The notes beneath the pieces were generated by a model, which saw nothing but the letters and a program-made list of their open reading frames with translations, was not told where the DNA came from and searched no databases. Shown piece by piece: positions 50,120-60,494 of a stretch of DNA of 64,000 nt. The stretch spans positions 4,649 to 68,648 of the forward strand of contig NVWL01000053.1 in NCBI GenBank assembly GCA_002733645.1. The letters run 5' to 3'. Numbering within the stretch: the stretch's first letter is position 1; the number at the start of each line of letters is the position of its first letter. A program made the translations under genes and the position numbers. The DNA comes from Oceanobacter sp. Its GTDB lineage: Bacteria > Pseudomonadota > Gammaproteobacteria > Pseudomonadales > Oceanobacteraceae.

Positions 50120-51019
50120 TTATGCGTTTTGAGCAGCGCTGTAGGGTTGAGAGGCTAACATGCCACCTTCATCCAGCATCTTGTGACGCCAATCATCGAG
50201 CAATTGTACGGTGTCGTGATCGTTAGGGTGAAAGCCCGGGCGGAAGAAGTCCAAGTACTTAAATAGCAGACGCGGGAAAAGTCCTTTCCAGCCCCATAAG
50301 CTCCATAGGCCTTTTAGGTTATCTTTCAAGTTGAATAATGTTCCGTTAGCCCACAACAAGCGGATATGACCCTGACCCACAAAAATAATAAATCCAAGTG
50401 TCGCAAGAATCATAGCAAAGACTCGGGTGAAGTAGCCGCCGCCAGTGAGCTGATACACATCATAAGCAACCGCTTTGTGTTCGTTTTCTTCGAGGGCGTG
50501 CCACATCCATAACTTTAAGGCTTCTGGATCTTGGATGTTTTCTTGATGTTGTTTATCGCGCAATAGCTGCTCAGCTAAAATAGCGGTGTAGTGTTCTAGC
50601 GCTACTGTGGTCGCCAACTGCATCTTTTTGGGAAAGACTTTTTTGGCTATATCCAGCAGCCACCAAAGTTCTTTATCCAATTGCAGCGTGGGTAGGCCAT
50701 GCTTGTCCCCCATGTCGTTGAACGCTTGGTGCTCTTTCGTGTGCATGGCTTCTTGGCCAATAAACCCTGAAATTTCATCTTTCAGTTTTGATTCCGTGAC
50801 TTGATGGCGATAATTTTTTACCGAATCAATAAAGAAGGTTTCACCGGCCGGGAATAACGCGGACAGTGTTGTCCAAAACGTGGTTAGGAACGCGTTATCG
50901 GCGTACCAGTAACGCTTGGTGTCGTCGGCGAATTTAAAATCCATGCGACGTGGTGGAATGCCTGCGCGTTCACCGGCTGTCATACGTATGGTCGGTTTTG
51001 AAGTTGCGGTGTCAGCCAT
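50120..51019 (-). CDS. PF10118-like protein, paralogue 3
   Basis: I prefer the start at MADTATSKPTIRMTAGERAG (ATG at 51017-51019), by alignment with the other two copies. The tracked start at 51166 adds an unlikely Pro/Ser-rich extension. Confidence 0.75.
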   Translation of the reverse strand: MADTATSKPTIRMTAGERAGIPPRRMDFKFADDTKRYWYADNAFLTTFWTTLSALFPAGETFFIDSVKNYRHQVTESKLKDEISGFIGQEAMHTKEHQAFNDMGDKHGLPTLQLDKELWWLLDIAKKVFPKKMQLATTVALEHYTAILAEQLLRDKQHQENIQDPEALKLWMWHALEENEHKAVAYDVYQLTGGGYFTRVFAMILATLGFIIFVGQGHIRLLWANGTLFNLKDNLKGLWSLWGWKGLFPRLLFKYLDFFRPGFHPNDHDTVQLLDDWRHKMLDEGGMLASQPYSAAQNA

Positions 51020-51303
51020 AATCTGTGTCCTGTGATACGAATAATAGAAATACGTTATGGCTGTATTAAACCTGCAGGACGAGGATGTAGGTGAGGGGGG
51101 CGGCGGCCAAGATGGATTAAGCACTTGAGGTGAATTGGGGCGGAGAATCGGGTGTTTCGACGACATAAATACATAACAGGCAGTGATTCAGAATCAAAAC
51201 CTGACTCATGTCATGAAACCCCTAATATTTATATGGGTTATATGTAGCCACCCCGGTATCTAAATGAAGCTGAGAATGCCAAATAAGATTACATAAACGC
51301 CGT

Positions 51304-51645
51304 TTAGGCGGTTTCTTGCGCTTCTTCACGAGTAAATAAGGTATGTAATGCGCCCAGAAGAGTAGCGTCTGAAGCTTTGTAGGTATCGATCTTTCCCCAG
51401 CGCTGAAACGAACCACAAGAGAAGCCACCGCTAATATCATTGAAATAAATACACGAACGGCCAGCCACGGCGATGACCCAGAAGCCGCATCCTTCATCTC
51501 CCCAAGGGTGTTGCTGCCATAATTCAGGGTACGGCAGGCGGATGGCATCCCACAGGTTTTGTTGGCTTTCATCAAGCTGTTGATGCTGGTGCGCGAGCAA
51601 GTTGACCAGTTGGTTGTGGTTAACGGGTTTCCAAGAATCTTTCAT
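51304..51645 (-). CDS. Hypothetical protein (113 aa)
   Basis: The ORF is Trp/Gln-rich (...PWGDEGCGFWVIAVAGRSCIYFNDISGGFSCGSFQRWGKI...). I recognise no family. Confidence 0.45.
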   Translation of the reverse strand: MKDSWKPVNHNQLVNLLAHQHQQLDESQQNLWDAIRLPYPELWQQHPWGDEGCGFWVIAVAGRSCIYFNDISGGFSCGSFQRWGKIDTYKASDATLLGALHTLFTREEAQETA

Positions 51646-51754
51646 AGGTTGTTACCTCCGTTGAAGTCACACTGTATGAGAGTTATGTGACGGAGAGGTT
51701 ACAGGTCGTTCTGGTCAGTTAGTCTTCGGTATGTGAGTGGTAATAAAGCAGATA

Positions 51755-51779
51755 TAAAAAAGCCCCGCTATGCGAGGCT
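51755..51779 (-). terminator. Terminator after glyA
   Basis: On the minus strand, the hairpin AGCCTCGC-ata-GCGGGGCT is followed by TTTTTT. Confidence 0.7.
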
Positions 51780-51809
51780 TCTTCGTGTTTCTGACCAGTT
51801 CAGTCTGTT

Positions 51810-53072
51810 TTATTTATAAACAGGGAACTGCTCGCACAACGCGACAACTTTTGCTTTAACGTCAGCTTCAACGGTATCTGCATTACCGCTTTCGAGGCCA
51901 TCTAGAATGTCGCAAATCCAGCCGGCAAGTTCTGTTGCCTGAGCTTCTTTGAAGCCACGGCTGGTGATTGCTGGGCTACCAATACGTAAACCAGAGGTTA
52001 CGAACGGTGAGCGCGGATCGTTAGGCACTGAGTTTTTGTTTACAGTAATGTTGGCACGGCCAAGTGCCGCATCTGCATCTTTACCTGTGTACTCTTTACC
52101 AATCAGGTCAACAAGGAACAGGTGGTCGTCAGTACCGCCAGAAACGACCTTGATGCCACGGCTAAGGAAAGTGCTTGCCATGGCTTGAGCGTTTTTAACT
52201 ACTTGTGCTTGGTAGGCTTTGTAGTCTTCAGACATCGCTTCTTTGAAGCACACCGCTTTCGCTGCGATGACGTGCATCAAAGGGCCACCCTGAGATTCAG
52301 GGAATACCGCGAAGTTAAACTTTTTGTTCAAATCTTCGTCATTATTGGCGAGGATCAAACCACCACGTGGGCCACGCAGTGTTTTGTGAGTCGTGGTCGT
52401 TACCACGTCAGCGATGCCAACAGGGCTAGGGTACACGCCTGCAGCAATCAAACCTGCAACGTGTGCCATATCAACAAACAGGTAAGCACCTACTTTGTCG
52501 GCGATGTCACGGAAACGCTGCCAATCAACAACACGTGAGTAGGCAGAGAAGCCAGCCACGATCATTTTGGGCTTGTGTTCAATCGCCAAACGCTCAGCTT
52601 CGTCGTAATCAATTTCGCCAGTCTCTGGGTTTAGACCGTACTGTACGGCGTTATATACGCGGCCAGAAAACGATACTGAAGCACCGTGAGTTAGGTGACC
52701 GCCGTGCGCTAGGCTCATGCCTAGGATGGTGTCACCAGGCTGACAAAGGGCGAAGTAAACCGCAGCGTTCGCTTGTGAACCTGAGTGCGGTTGCACGTTG
52801 GCGTAACTGGCACCAAACAATTCTTTAGCGCGATCAATGGCGAGTTGCTCGATCACGTCAACGTGTTCGCAACCACCGTAGTAACGTTTGCCGGGGTAGC
52901 CTTCAGCGTACTTATTGGTAAGCTGAGAGCCCTGAGCTTCCATGACACGTGGGCTGGTGTAGTTTTCAGAGGCAATCAGCTCAATGTGGTGTTCTTGGCG
53001 GGCATCTTCCGCCTTCATGGCTGACCAAACTTCAGGGTCAAAATCCGCTATGTTCATATCACGGCTAAACAT
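51810..53072 (-). CDS. glyA: Serine hydroxymethyltransferase
   Basis: 420 aa. The PLP-Lys region [14 protein letters not shown] is present, with full-length collinearity. Confidence 0.97.
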   Translation of the reverse strand: MFSRDMNIADFDPEVWSAMKAEDARQEHHIELIASENYTSPRVMEAQGSQLTNKYAEGYPGKRYYGGCEHVDVIEQLAIDRAKELFGASYANVQPHSGSQANAAVYFALCQPGDTILGMSLAHGGHLTHGASVSFSGRVYNAVQYGLNPETGEIDYDEAERLAIEHKPKMIVAGFSAYSRVVDWQRFRDIADKVGAYLFVDMAHVAGLIAAGVYPSPVGIADVVTTTTHKTLRGPRGGLILANNDEDLNKKFNFAVFPESQGGPLMHVIAAKAVCFKEAMSEDYKAYQAQVVKNAQAMASTFLSRGIKVVSGGTDDHLFLVDLIGKEYTGKDADAALGRANITVNKNSVPNDPRSPFVTSGLRIGSPAITSRGFKEAQATELAGWICDILDGLESGNADTVEADVKAKVVALCEQFPVYK

Positions 53073-53189
53073 CAGGGCGTCCTCTTTATAGACAGGTAAA
53101 TAGACAGGCTGTAATCAGAATGGCGCACATTCTACCTCAAACTCAGGAGCCTCGCACTTGAGAAGGTATCAATATTACATGACTGATGT

Positions 53190-56100
53190 TCAGGATGGTT
53201 TTGATTGGTCGATAGATTTACCTAGTTGAAGGAAGTCTTGCTCAGCGACGGGCTTACTAAACAAGAAGCCTTGAACCTCTTCACAGAGCGCATCTTTAAG
53301 GAAGGACAGTTGTTCTGCGGTCTCAACGCCTTCAGCAATAATCCCCATGCCGAGGTTGTGTCCCATGGCAATAATGGTGCGCGAAATCTGCGCGTCGTCC
53401 GAGTTTTGCGGCAAGTTCATAATAAAACTGCGGTCGATCTTGAGTGTATCGACGGGGAATTGCTTGAGGTAGTTGAGTGATGAGTAGCCGGTACCAAAGT
53501 CATCAATAGCAGTCTTAACGCCCATGCTGCGCAGGCCCTGAAGCGTTTGTAGGGCAAGATCAACATCATCCATGAGGATGCTTTCAGTGAGTTCGAGTTC
53601 AAGTTGATTTGGGCGTATACCGGTTCTAATAATGATGTCTTTAACCACATTGAGGAAGCCATCGCTGCGGAATTGGCGGGCGGAAACGTTGACCGCGATT
53701 CGTTCAAGTGTGGTATTGCCTTCGGTTCGCCATTTTACAAATTTTTGGCAGGCTTCTTCTAACACCCATTGGCCGATGGGCACAATCATGCCGGTGTCTT
53801 CAATAATTGGGATAAACACGCCCGGTGAGATCATGCCTTGAGTTGGGTGATTCCAGCGCAGTAATGCCTCGGCCCCAATCATGGTCGAAGTGGATGTTTG
53901 GTACTGAGGCTGGAAGTAGAGTTCCATTTCTTCACGAGCTAAGGCGTGGCGAAGGTCGTTTTCCAGCTCTAACATTTGTACCGCTTTGCGGTTCATGGAA
54001 GCGGTAAAAAATTGCATGTTGTCACGGCCCATATCTTTGGCGTGATACATGGCCATATCGGCATTTTTTAACAGTTCAATGACGCTGTCACCGTCGTTCG
54101 GGAAGATAGAAATACCTATGCTGGCGGTGATAAAGACTTCGCGTTGATTTAAGTTAAACGATTGTTGCAGCGCCGCCAGAATTCGATCAGCAACGATAAC
54201 AGCGGTATCCGCGGCAGAGGCGTGGCTTGTTTGATCCGCGATAGCGACGGTGAATTCATCACCGCCCATGCGGCTGACGAGATCTTTTTTCTTCACGCAG
54301 TGGCGTAAACGACCGGCGACCTGTTGCAGAACATCGTCCCCGGCAGGGTGTCCCATGGAATCGTTGATCGGTTTGAAGCGATCGAGATCAATAAATAACA
54401 AGACTACCCATTGGTCGTTGGTACGCGCACGTTCTAGCATTTGATCCAGCGTTTCGTGCATCTGACTGCGATTAGGCAAACTGGTGAGAGGGTCGAAGTA
54501 CGCGAGCTTATGAATTCGCTCTTCGGTGCTTTTTCGCTCGGTGATGTCTGACATGATGATGATCAGGCTTTGAACTTCTTTGTCGTTGTCTAATATTGCG
54601 CTGACTCCAGCCCAACCGGTGCGCATATCACCGTTGTGACGGCGATATGACACTTCGCCTTGCCAATAGCCATCGACAATAAGGCTCTCGCCAACACGTT
54701 CGATTAAGTCTTCTTCGATTTGCTCCGGATCAATGAGGAAGTTCGGCATTTTTCCGATCACGTCATCTTTTTCATAACCGGTAATGTGGCCAAATGCACG
54801 GTTGGTGTTGGCAATTTTGAGCGACTGATCGGTGATTAAAATAGCTTCGTTACTGTTCTCGAATACTTCTGCGGCCAATTGCAGTTCTCTAGCGATGCTG
54901 CGGGCTTCGGTGACATCGCGACAAATACCGAGCAGGCCTTGCAGCTCGCCTTTGTCGTTCCAGAGTAAACTGGCTTGCAGCTCAAACATGATCTCAGTGC
55001 CATTTTTTGCGGTGGCCATAACATCTTCACGAATTGTGGACTTACGTCGGCGCGCGGCATCTGGACTGTGCAGAGCCATTTGAATATGCCGGTGTAGAGC
55101 ACGTGAAATACGTTTTATATCTGACCGGCTAAATACAATACTCAACCCTTCGCGGATTAATTCGTCAGGCTGATAGCCCAAAATACTCATGACCGATGTG
55201 CTAACAAAGTTGAAATTGAGGTCTGAATCTGAGGCCCACACAATGTCGCTCATATTTTCAGCCAGCAAACGGTAGCGCCGTTCGCTTTCAACAATTTTTT
55301 CTTGTTGCTCAATGTCTTCGGTGACATCACGAACAGTTCCTATGTATTGAGAGACTTTGTTGTCATCAAATACAAAAGGGGTATCGCGAAATTTCAGTAC
55401 ACGGGTATCGCCGTTGAGGTGTCGGAAACGCGCTGTGGCTTCGAGTGTTTCGCCAGGGTTCGCGTTGCGTATGTGGCGCAGACCTTCTCGGCACTTTGCG
55501 AGATCATCTTCTAGGACATAATCCAGCCAACTGCTTTGTTTATATTCTGGAGTATCTGGATAGCCGAGCAGGTGATTGATATGGCGGTTGTTATACACGG
55601 TCGACTGCTGCAGTTGGCTATTTATATTAAGTACGTACACCACATCTGGCATGGCATTCATGACGTGTTGCCAGAATATTTCGCGCTCACGAATTTTTTC
55701 TGTGGCACGTTTACGTTCTGTGATGTCGAGCATGGTGATGAGCACTTGGCTACTTGAGCCAGAACGGAAACTGGTGTTCACCCACACTTCACGCAGTTCA
55801 CCTGAACGGTTGGGGATAGTGACTTCGCATTCATGGTTCATCAGCTTGAGATCTTTCGCCGTTGAAATAGCATCCAACATCGGCTTAAGGGCGGCTTTGT
55901 GTTTGGTGTAATGCTCAGCCATTGCGTCGGCGCTAGCAAAATCGGCTAGGTGAAGAGTTGCGTCGTTTACGCTCACCAAGTGAAGCGAATCAATGGTTCC
56001 ATCAAACGATGACAGATCGACGAGGCAGTGGGCAATCCCAGCTTCTTCAAACAGCGCTTTATAACGAGTGCGGCTCTGTTCTAAAGCGAGGTTTGCATTT

Positions 56101-57389
56101 TCGGCATCGGTAATATCACGCAGCAACCAAACGTGCCCTGTTATGCGCTGTTGATCATGGATTGTATGTACGTGCTGTTCGAAAATTCGGTGTTCGTTGT
56201 CAATCTCAACATGGAGCTGGCGGCGCTCAGCGGCAAGACGTTCCAGCTCTGGAATCTCTAATCCTCGGTTCCAAAGGGCGTGTTTTTCTGGCCAGACTTC
56301 GCTGAGTGTTCGGCCTAGTAAGCTCTCTGGAGCATCGTTTTGGAGCAGAGCTAGCGCTCTTGGATTGAGGTAATTTATTTGTCCCAGTGCGTCAGTTGAA
56401 ATTAACGCTTCATCGATTGAGCGTAAGGCTCGGTCTGCACGTTTCTCGGTATCTGTGCGGGCTGTTTTTAGGCGTGATAATTCTTGTCCCTGCCAGCGCA
56501 AATATTTCCACAGCCCCAGCTGTACGATTAAGAACACGATCAAGAATGTGATCGGCATACGCAGGTTATCTACGGCCTTTTCATCCCAGTAATTTTTTAC
56601 CGGTAAGGCGAGGACATCCCAAGGCGTATGAGGAATGGCTGCCCTGTATATAATTTGGTTTTCTTCTTCTGGCGTGAGCGCCACAGGATTCGAGCTGTCG
56701 GCGTAATACTGCTCTCGTATACTGATGACTTGTTTGTTGCGGTCAAATATAACTAACTCGTAACCGGTAAAGCCACCGTAATAAATAATGTCAGATAAAC
56801 TGCTGTAAGCGCGACGACTGACCAAGATCAGTGGCCCTGACGCCGTATTAAAGCGTGTGCCTATGTAGTAGCCGCCTTGATGTCCGTAGCGTAACGAAAA
56901 TACGGCATTGTCTAATCCTGCATTCTTCAGGTGAGACTGGATATCCTCGGTTTCTTCAGTGCTAAGTAATGGCCCGTAGTGGCGAGTTACTTGGCCACTA
57001 CTGTCAGTAATAAAAAATCCAGTGCCGTTGAAAATGGCCGAGCTGTAATGCTCCCATAAACGCTCTTCATCAACGAGGTTGGGTTGATTAATATAGGCTT
57101 CGAGTAAGCTGTTGTAGCTGCGAGTAAATGTTTTATTTGCATGCAGGCCTGCGGAAGTGACGAGTGAGGCTTGTTTTACGTAATGATCAACGGTGCGTTG
57201 TAAATCGAGTTCATAGCTGTGTTGAGCGCTTTGCCATTGTTGCCAGCTGTAAAATCCTAGTACAACGGTAAGAAACAGGAAGCTCAATACGAACAGCGGT
57301 AAATTGCTGCCTTCGCGTATGAGTAAGTGCTTTTTATCAGGAGATTCGCTGACTCCGTACGGCTGGAGCATGAGACTAAGTATTTCCAT
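53190..57389 (-). CDS. Membrane sensor with a periplasmic domain, multiple PAS domains, GGDEF and EAL (c-di-GMP turnover)
   Basis: About 1400 aa, with the start taken at MEILSLML. Two TM segments flank a roughly 260-aa periplasmic region. Several PAS-like repeats are followed by RMGGDEFTV (GGDEF) and EALLRW...DDFGTGYSS (EAL). Confidence 0.9.
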   Translation of the reverse strand: MEILSLMLQPYGVSESPDKKHLLIREGSNLPLFVLSFLFLTVVLGFYSWQQWQSAQHSYELDLQRTVDHYVKQASLVTSAGLHANKTFTRSYNSLLEAYINQPNLVDEERLWEHYSSAIFNGTGFFITDSSGQVTRHYGPLLSTEETEDIQSHLKNAGLDNAVFSLRYGHQGGYYIGTRFNTASGPLILVSRRAYSSLSDIIYYGGFTGYELVIFDRNKQVISIREQYYADSSNPVALTPEEENQIIYRAAIPHTPWDVLALPVKNYWDEKAVDNLRMPITFLIVFLIVQLGLWKYLRWQGQELSRLKTARTDTEKRADRALRSIDEALISTDALGQINYLNPRALALLQNDAPESLLGRTLSEVWPEKHALWNRGLEIPELERLAAERRQLHVEIDNEHRIFEQHVHTIHDQQRITGHVWLLRDITDAENANLALEQSRTRYKALFEEAGIAHCLVDLSSFDGTIDSLHLVSVNDATLHLADFASADAMAEHYTKHKAALKPMLDAISTAKDLKLMNHECEVTIPNRSGELREVWVNTSFRSGSSSQVLITMLDITERKRATEKIREREIFWQHVMNAMPDVVYVLNINSQLQQSTVYNNRHINHLLGYPDTPEYKQSSWLDYVLEDDLAKCREGLRHIRNANPGETLEATARFRHLNGDTRVLKFRDTPFVFDDNKVSQYIGTVRDVTEDIEQQEKIVESERRYRLLAENMSDIVWASDSDLNFNFVSTSVMSILGYQPDELIREGLSIVFSRSDIKRISRALHRHIQMALHSPDAARRRKSTIREDVMATAKNGTEIMFELQASLLWNDKGELQGLLGICRDVTEARSIARELQLAAEVFENSNEAILITDQSLKIANTNRAFGHITGYEKDDVIGKMPNFLIDPEQIEEDLIERVGESLIVDGYWQGEVSYRRHNGDMRTGWAGVSAILDNDKEVQSLIIIMSDITERKSTEERIHKLAYFDPLTSLPNRSQMHETLDQMLERARTNDQWVVLLFIDLDRFKPINDSMGHPAGDDVLQQVAGRLRHCVKKKDLVSRMGGDEFTVAIADQTSHASAADTAVIVADRILAALQQSFNLNQREVFITASIGISIFPNDGDSVIELLKNADMAMYHAKDMGRDNMQFFTASMNRKAVQMLELENDLRHALAREEMELYFQPQYQTSTSTMIGAEALLRWNHPTQGMISPGVFIPIIEDTGMIVPIGQWVLEEACQKFVKWRTEGNTTLERIAVNVSARQFRSDGFLNVVKDIIIRTGIRPNQLELELTESILMDDVDLALQTLQGLRSMGVKTAIDDFGTGYSSLNYLKQFPVDTLKIDRSFIMNLPQNSDDAQISRTIIAMGHNLGMGIIAEGVETAEQLSFLKDALCEEVQGFLFSKPVAEQDFLQLGKSIDQSKPS

Positions 57390-57527
57390 AACGTAAAAAA
57401 CGAGTATAGACCTTACTCTAGTGATTGTTGGGCTTCGACACAATCATCGGCGTAATTGAGTGTATGAAGTTGCCTTTGTGCTGGCTTTTAAGTAGCGTTG
57501 CGCGCATAGAATTTGGAGGGTACTAAG

Positions 57528-59189
57528 ATGGCACAATACGTATTTACTATGAATCGTCTGGGCAAGATCGTTCCGCCTAAACGTCAGATCCTACGAGACA
57601 TCTCTTTATCATTTTTTCCTGGCGCCAAAATTGGTGTGTTGGGTCTGAATGGTTCAGGTAAATCGACGTTACTGAAAATCATGGCGGGTATCGATACCGA
57701 CATTATTGGTGAGGCGCGTCCACAGCCAGATTTGAATATTGGTTATTTACCGCAGGAGCCTCAGTTAGATCCTGAAAAAGACGTGCGTGGCAACGTTGAA
57801 GACGGCTTAAGCGAGCTAATGACTGCCAAAGCGGAACTTGATCAAGTGTACGTCGATTACGCTGAGCCAGACGCTGATTTTGATGCACTGGCTAAAAAGC
57901 AGGGCCGCTTAGAAGCCATTATAGAAGCGGCGGGTGGGCATGACATTGATCGCCAGATGGAAATCGCCGCCGATGCGCTGCGTCTTCCTGCGTGGGACGC
58001 GGATGTTACTAAACTGTCGGGTGGTGAGCGTCGTCGTGTGGCCTTGTGTCGTTTATTAATGTCGAAGCCAGACATGTTGCTTCTTGATGAGCCGACTAAC
58101 CACTTGGACGCCGAATCCGTGGGTTGGTTAGAAAAATTCCTCGAAGAATATCCGGGCACTGTAGTGGCAATTACGCACGACCGTTACTTCCTTGATAACT
58201 GTGCTGAGTGGATTTTAGAACTCGACCGTGGCCACGGTATTCCATACGAAGGTAACTACACGACCTGGTTAGAAGCCAAAGAAAAACGCTTCGAGCAAGA
58301 AAAGAAACAAGAAGAAGCGCACTCCAAAGCCATCAAACATGAGCTTGAGTGGGTTCGCCAAGGCGCTAAGGGTCGTCAGGCGAAGAGTAAAGCACGCTTG
58401 GCGCGCTTTGAAGAGTTGAACTCGCGTGAATTCCAAACACGTAACGAGACCAACGAAATATACATACCGCCGGGGCCGCGTTTGGGTGACAAAGTCATTG
58501 AGTTCCATAACGTGACTAAGTCGTTTGGTGATCGCGTTCTGATTGACGACCTGAGTTTTACCGTACCGCCGGGTGCGATTGTGGGCATCGTGGGTGGTAA
58601 TGGCGCGGGTAAATCCACGTTATTCCGCATGATTGCGGGCACTGAACAGCCAGATTCAGGTGAAGTCGTCACCGGCGAAACTGTGAAGCTGGCGTTTGTT
58701 GAGCAGCTACGTGACGAGCTTGATGACAGCAAAACCGTGTGGGAGTCCATCTCTGACGGCCAAGACATGATCAACATTAACGGCAAAGAATACCCAAGCC
58801 GTTCGTACATTGGTCGCTTCAACTTCAAAGGCGGTGATCAGCAGAAACGTGTTGGCGAATTGTCGGGTGGTGAGCGTGGTCGCTTGCAGTTGGCATACAC
58901 GTTAAAGCAAGGTGCCAACGTATTGCTTCTCGATGAACCCTCAAACGATCTTGATGTTGAGACTCTGCGTGCACTGGAAGAAGCCGTTGGCGCTTTCCCA
59001 GGTGCTGTGATGGTGGTGTCGCACGATCGTTGGTTCCTTGACCGTATTGCCACGCATATTCTTGCCTACGAAGGTGATTCTAAAGTGACTTTCTTTGATG
59101 GTAATTACACAGAGTATGAAGCGGATCGTAAAAAGCGTTTAGGCGGAGATGCACAGCCGAAGCGTATGAAATACAAACGCTTGGCCTAA
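57528..59189 (+). CDS. ettA: ABC-F translational throttle protein EttA
   Basis: The start is at [49 protein letters not shown]. There are two ABC cassettes, each with an LSGGERRR or LSGGERGR signature. Confidence 0.95.
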   Translation: MAQYVFTMNRLGKIVPPKRQILRDISLSFFPGAKIGVLGLNGSGKSTLLKIMAGIDTDIIGEARPQPDLNIGYLPQEPQLDPEKDVRGNVEDGLSELMTAKAELDQVYVDYAEPDADFDALAKKQGRLEAIIEAAGGHDIDRQMEIAADALRLPAWDADVTKLSGGERRRVALCRLLMSKPDMLLLDEPTNHLDAESVGWLEKFLEEYPGTVVAITHDRYFLDNCAEWILELDRGHGIPYEGNYTTWLEAKEKRFEQEKKQEEAHSKAIKHELEWVRQGAKGRQAKSKARLARFEELNSREFQTRNETNEIYIPPGPRLGDKVIEFHNVTKSFGDRVLIDDLSFTVPPGAIVGIVGGNGAGKSTLFRMIAGTEQPDSGEVVTGETVKLAFVEQLRDELDDSKTVWESISDGQDMININGKEYPSRSYIGRFNFKGGDQQKRVGELSGGERGRLQLAYTLKQGANVLLLDEPSNDLDVETLRALEEAVGAFPGAVMVVSHDRWFLDRIATHILAYEGDSKVTFFDGNYTEYEADRKKRLGGDAQPKRMKYKRLA

Positions 59190-59350
59190 AACGGGTGCTA
59201 TAGCAGTCAATAGACTCATGTCATACTAAGCTGGTCGACGCCGTCACAATTCGCGGCATTGACCGGCTTTTTTTATGCCTGACGCTTGCGATTGGCGCAT
59301 AAAAAGCTAAACCTTTAGGGGTAGCGGATTTAGGAAGTAGAGACGTAGAT

Positions 59351-59710
59351 ATGGAACAACGCCAAGCGAAACGAGTTCACCTTTTTCAGCGTGTACAAGT
59401 TAATGACGGAAAACAAACCCTCGAGACCTTTTGCCTCGACATCAGTATGCGCGGTATTTTGCTGGTGTTGCCTGAAAATGTGAAATGGCACTTAGAACAA
59501 ACATTGAACATTACCTTAGTGTTGGAAGACGAAAGCACGATCTCAATGGAATGCTCATTGGTGCATATTGACGATGACGTGGTGGGGTGTGCCAGTGACT
59601 CGTTAGACCTCGAAAGTGAAGCCACATTACGCTACCTGCTAGAGACGAGTTTAGAGGTTCCTTCGCAAGTGAATCGTGAACTATCTGAGCTTATTGCCTC
59701 GAAAGACTAA
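59351..59710 (+). CDS. PilZ-domain protein
   Basis: 119 aa. RQAKR...(about 22 aa)...DISMRG fits the PilZ motifs RxxxR and D/NxSxxG. Confidence 0.6.
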   Translation: MEQRQAKRVHLFQRVQVNDGKQTLETFCLDISMRGILLVLPENVKWHLEQTLNITLVLEDESTISMECSLVHIDDDVVGCASDSLDLESEATLRYLLETSLEVPSQVNRELSELIASKD

Positions 59711-59831
59711 CCGGGCATATCGCCGCTAATTATTCTGATTGCTCAATTTTTAGATAGACATCCAGCTGAGCAAAAGATGCGCTGCATAGTGAGTCTGATA
59801 TAGTCAGACTTTTGCAGTCACGGTGGCGGCC

Positions 59832-60494
59832 ATGTTTACTCCCTTGCTCGACAACCAGCATTTTGAATACTCGGTCGGTAAAATTCTTTGCATAGGCCGC
59901 AATTACGCGGCACATGCCGCTGAACTTAATAACCCCGTACCAGATACCCCAGTGCTTTTTTTAAAGCCCTCCGATGCTGCGTGTGATCTTCGTCAACCAA
60001 TTGTGATACCAGAAAACAAAGGCTCGGTTCATCATGAGCTTGAGTTAGCCATACTGATTGGGCGACGTTTAACACATGCCACACCGGAGCAAGTACAAGC
60101 CGCCGTTGCCGGTGTTGGTTTGGGCCTCGATTTAACCCTGCGTGATATACAGAGTGAACTGAAAGACAAAGGCCTGCCATGGGAGCGAGCAAAAGCGTTT
60201 GACGGTTCATGCCCGCTCTCGCCATTTGTTTCAGCGTCGCGGGTAGAAGACTGGCAAGCACTATCCTTCACCTTAGAACGCAATGGCGTCGTACAGCAGG
60301 TAGGTCACACTAGCGATATGCTGCATCCCATCTTGGACTTAATTGCACACATGTCAGCGTCCTTCACCCTTAATCCCGGTGACGTAGTCATGACAGGCAC
60401 CCCAAAAGGCGTTGGCCCCCTCGTGGTAGGTGATACTTTAGAAGCGACGCTTGGTAACTGGTTGGCATGTCGAACAAGGGTCGTTGCTGTATGA
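59832..60494 (+). CDS. Fumarylacetoacetate hydrolase-family protein (YcgM-like)
   Basis: About 220 aa (...KILCIGRNYAAHAAELNN..., ...HHELELAILIG..., ...GDVVMTGTPKGVG). Confidence 0.8.
   Translation: MFTPLLDNQHFEYSVGKILCIGRNYAAHAAELNNPVPDTPVLFLKPSDAACDLRQPIVIPENKGSVHHELELAILIGRRLTHATPEQVQAAVAGVGLGLDLTLRDIQSELKDKGLPWERAKAFDGSCPLSPFVSASRVEDWQALSFTLERNGVVQQVGHTSDMLHPILDLIAHMSASFTLNPGDVVMTGTPKGVGPLVVGDTLEATLGNWLACRTRVVAV

Noticed and set aside
51222-51575. A 117-aa minus-strand ORF overlaps 51304-51645 in another frame.
   Set aside because: It is mutually exclusive with the 113-aa ORF. It reads through the downstream hairpin and has a less protein-like composition. Both calls remain low-confidence.
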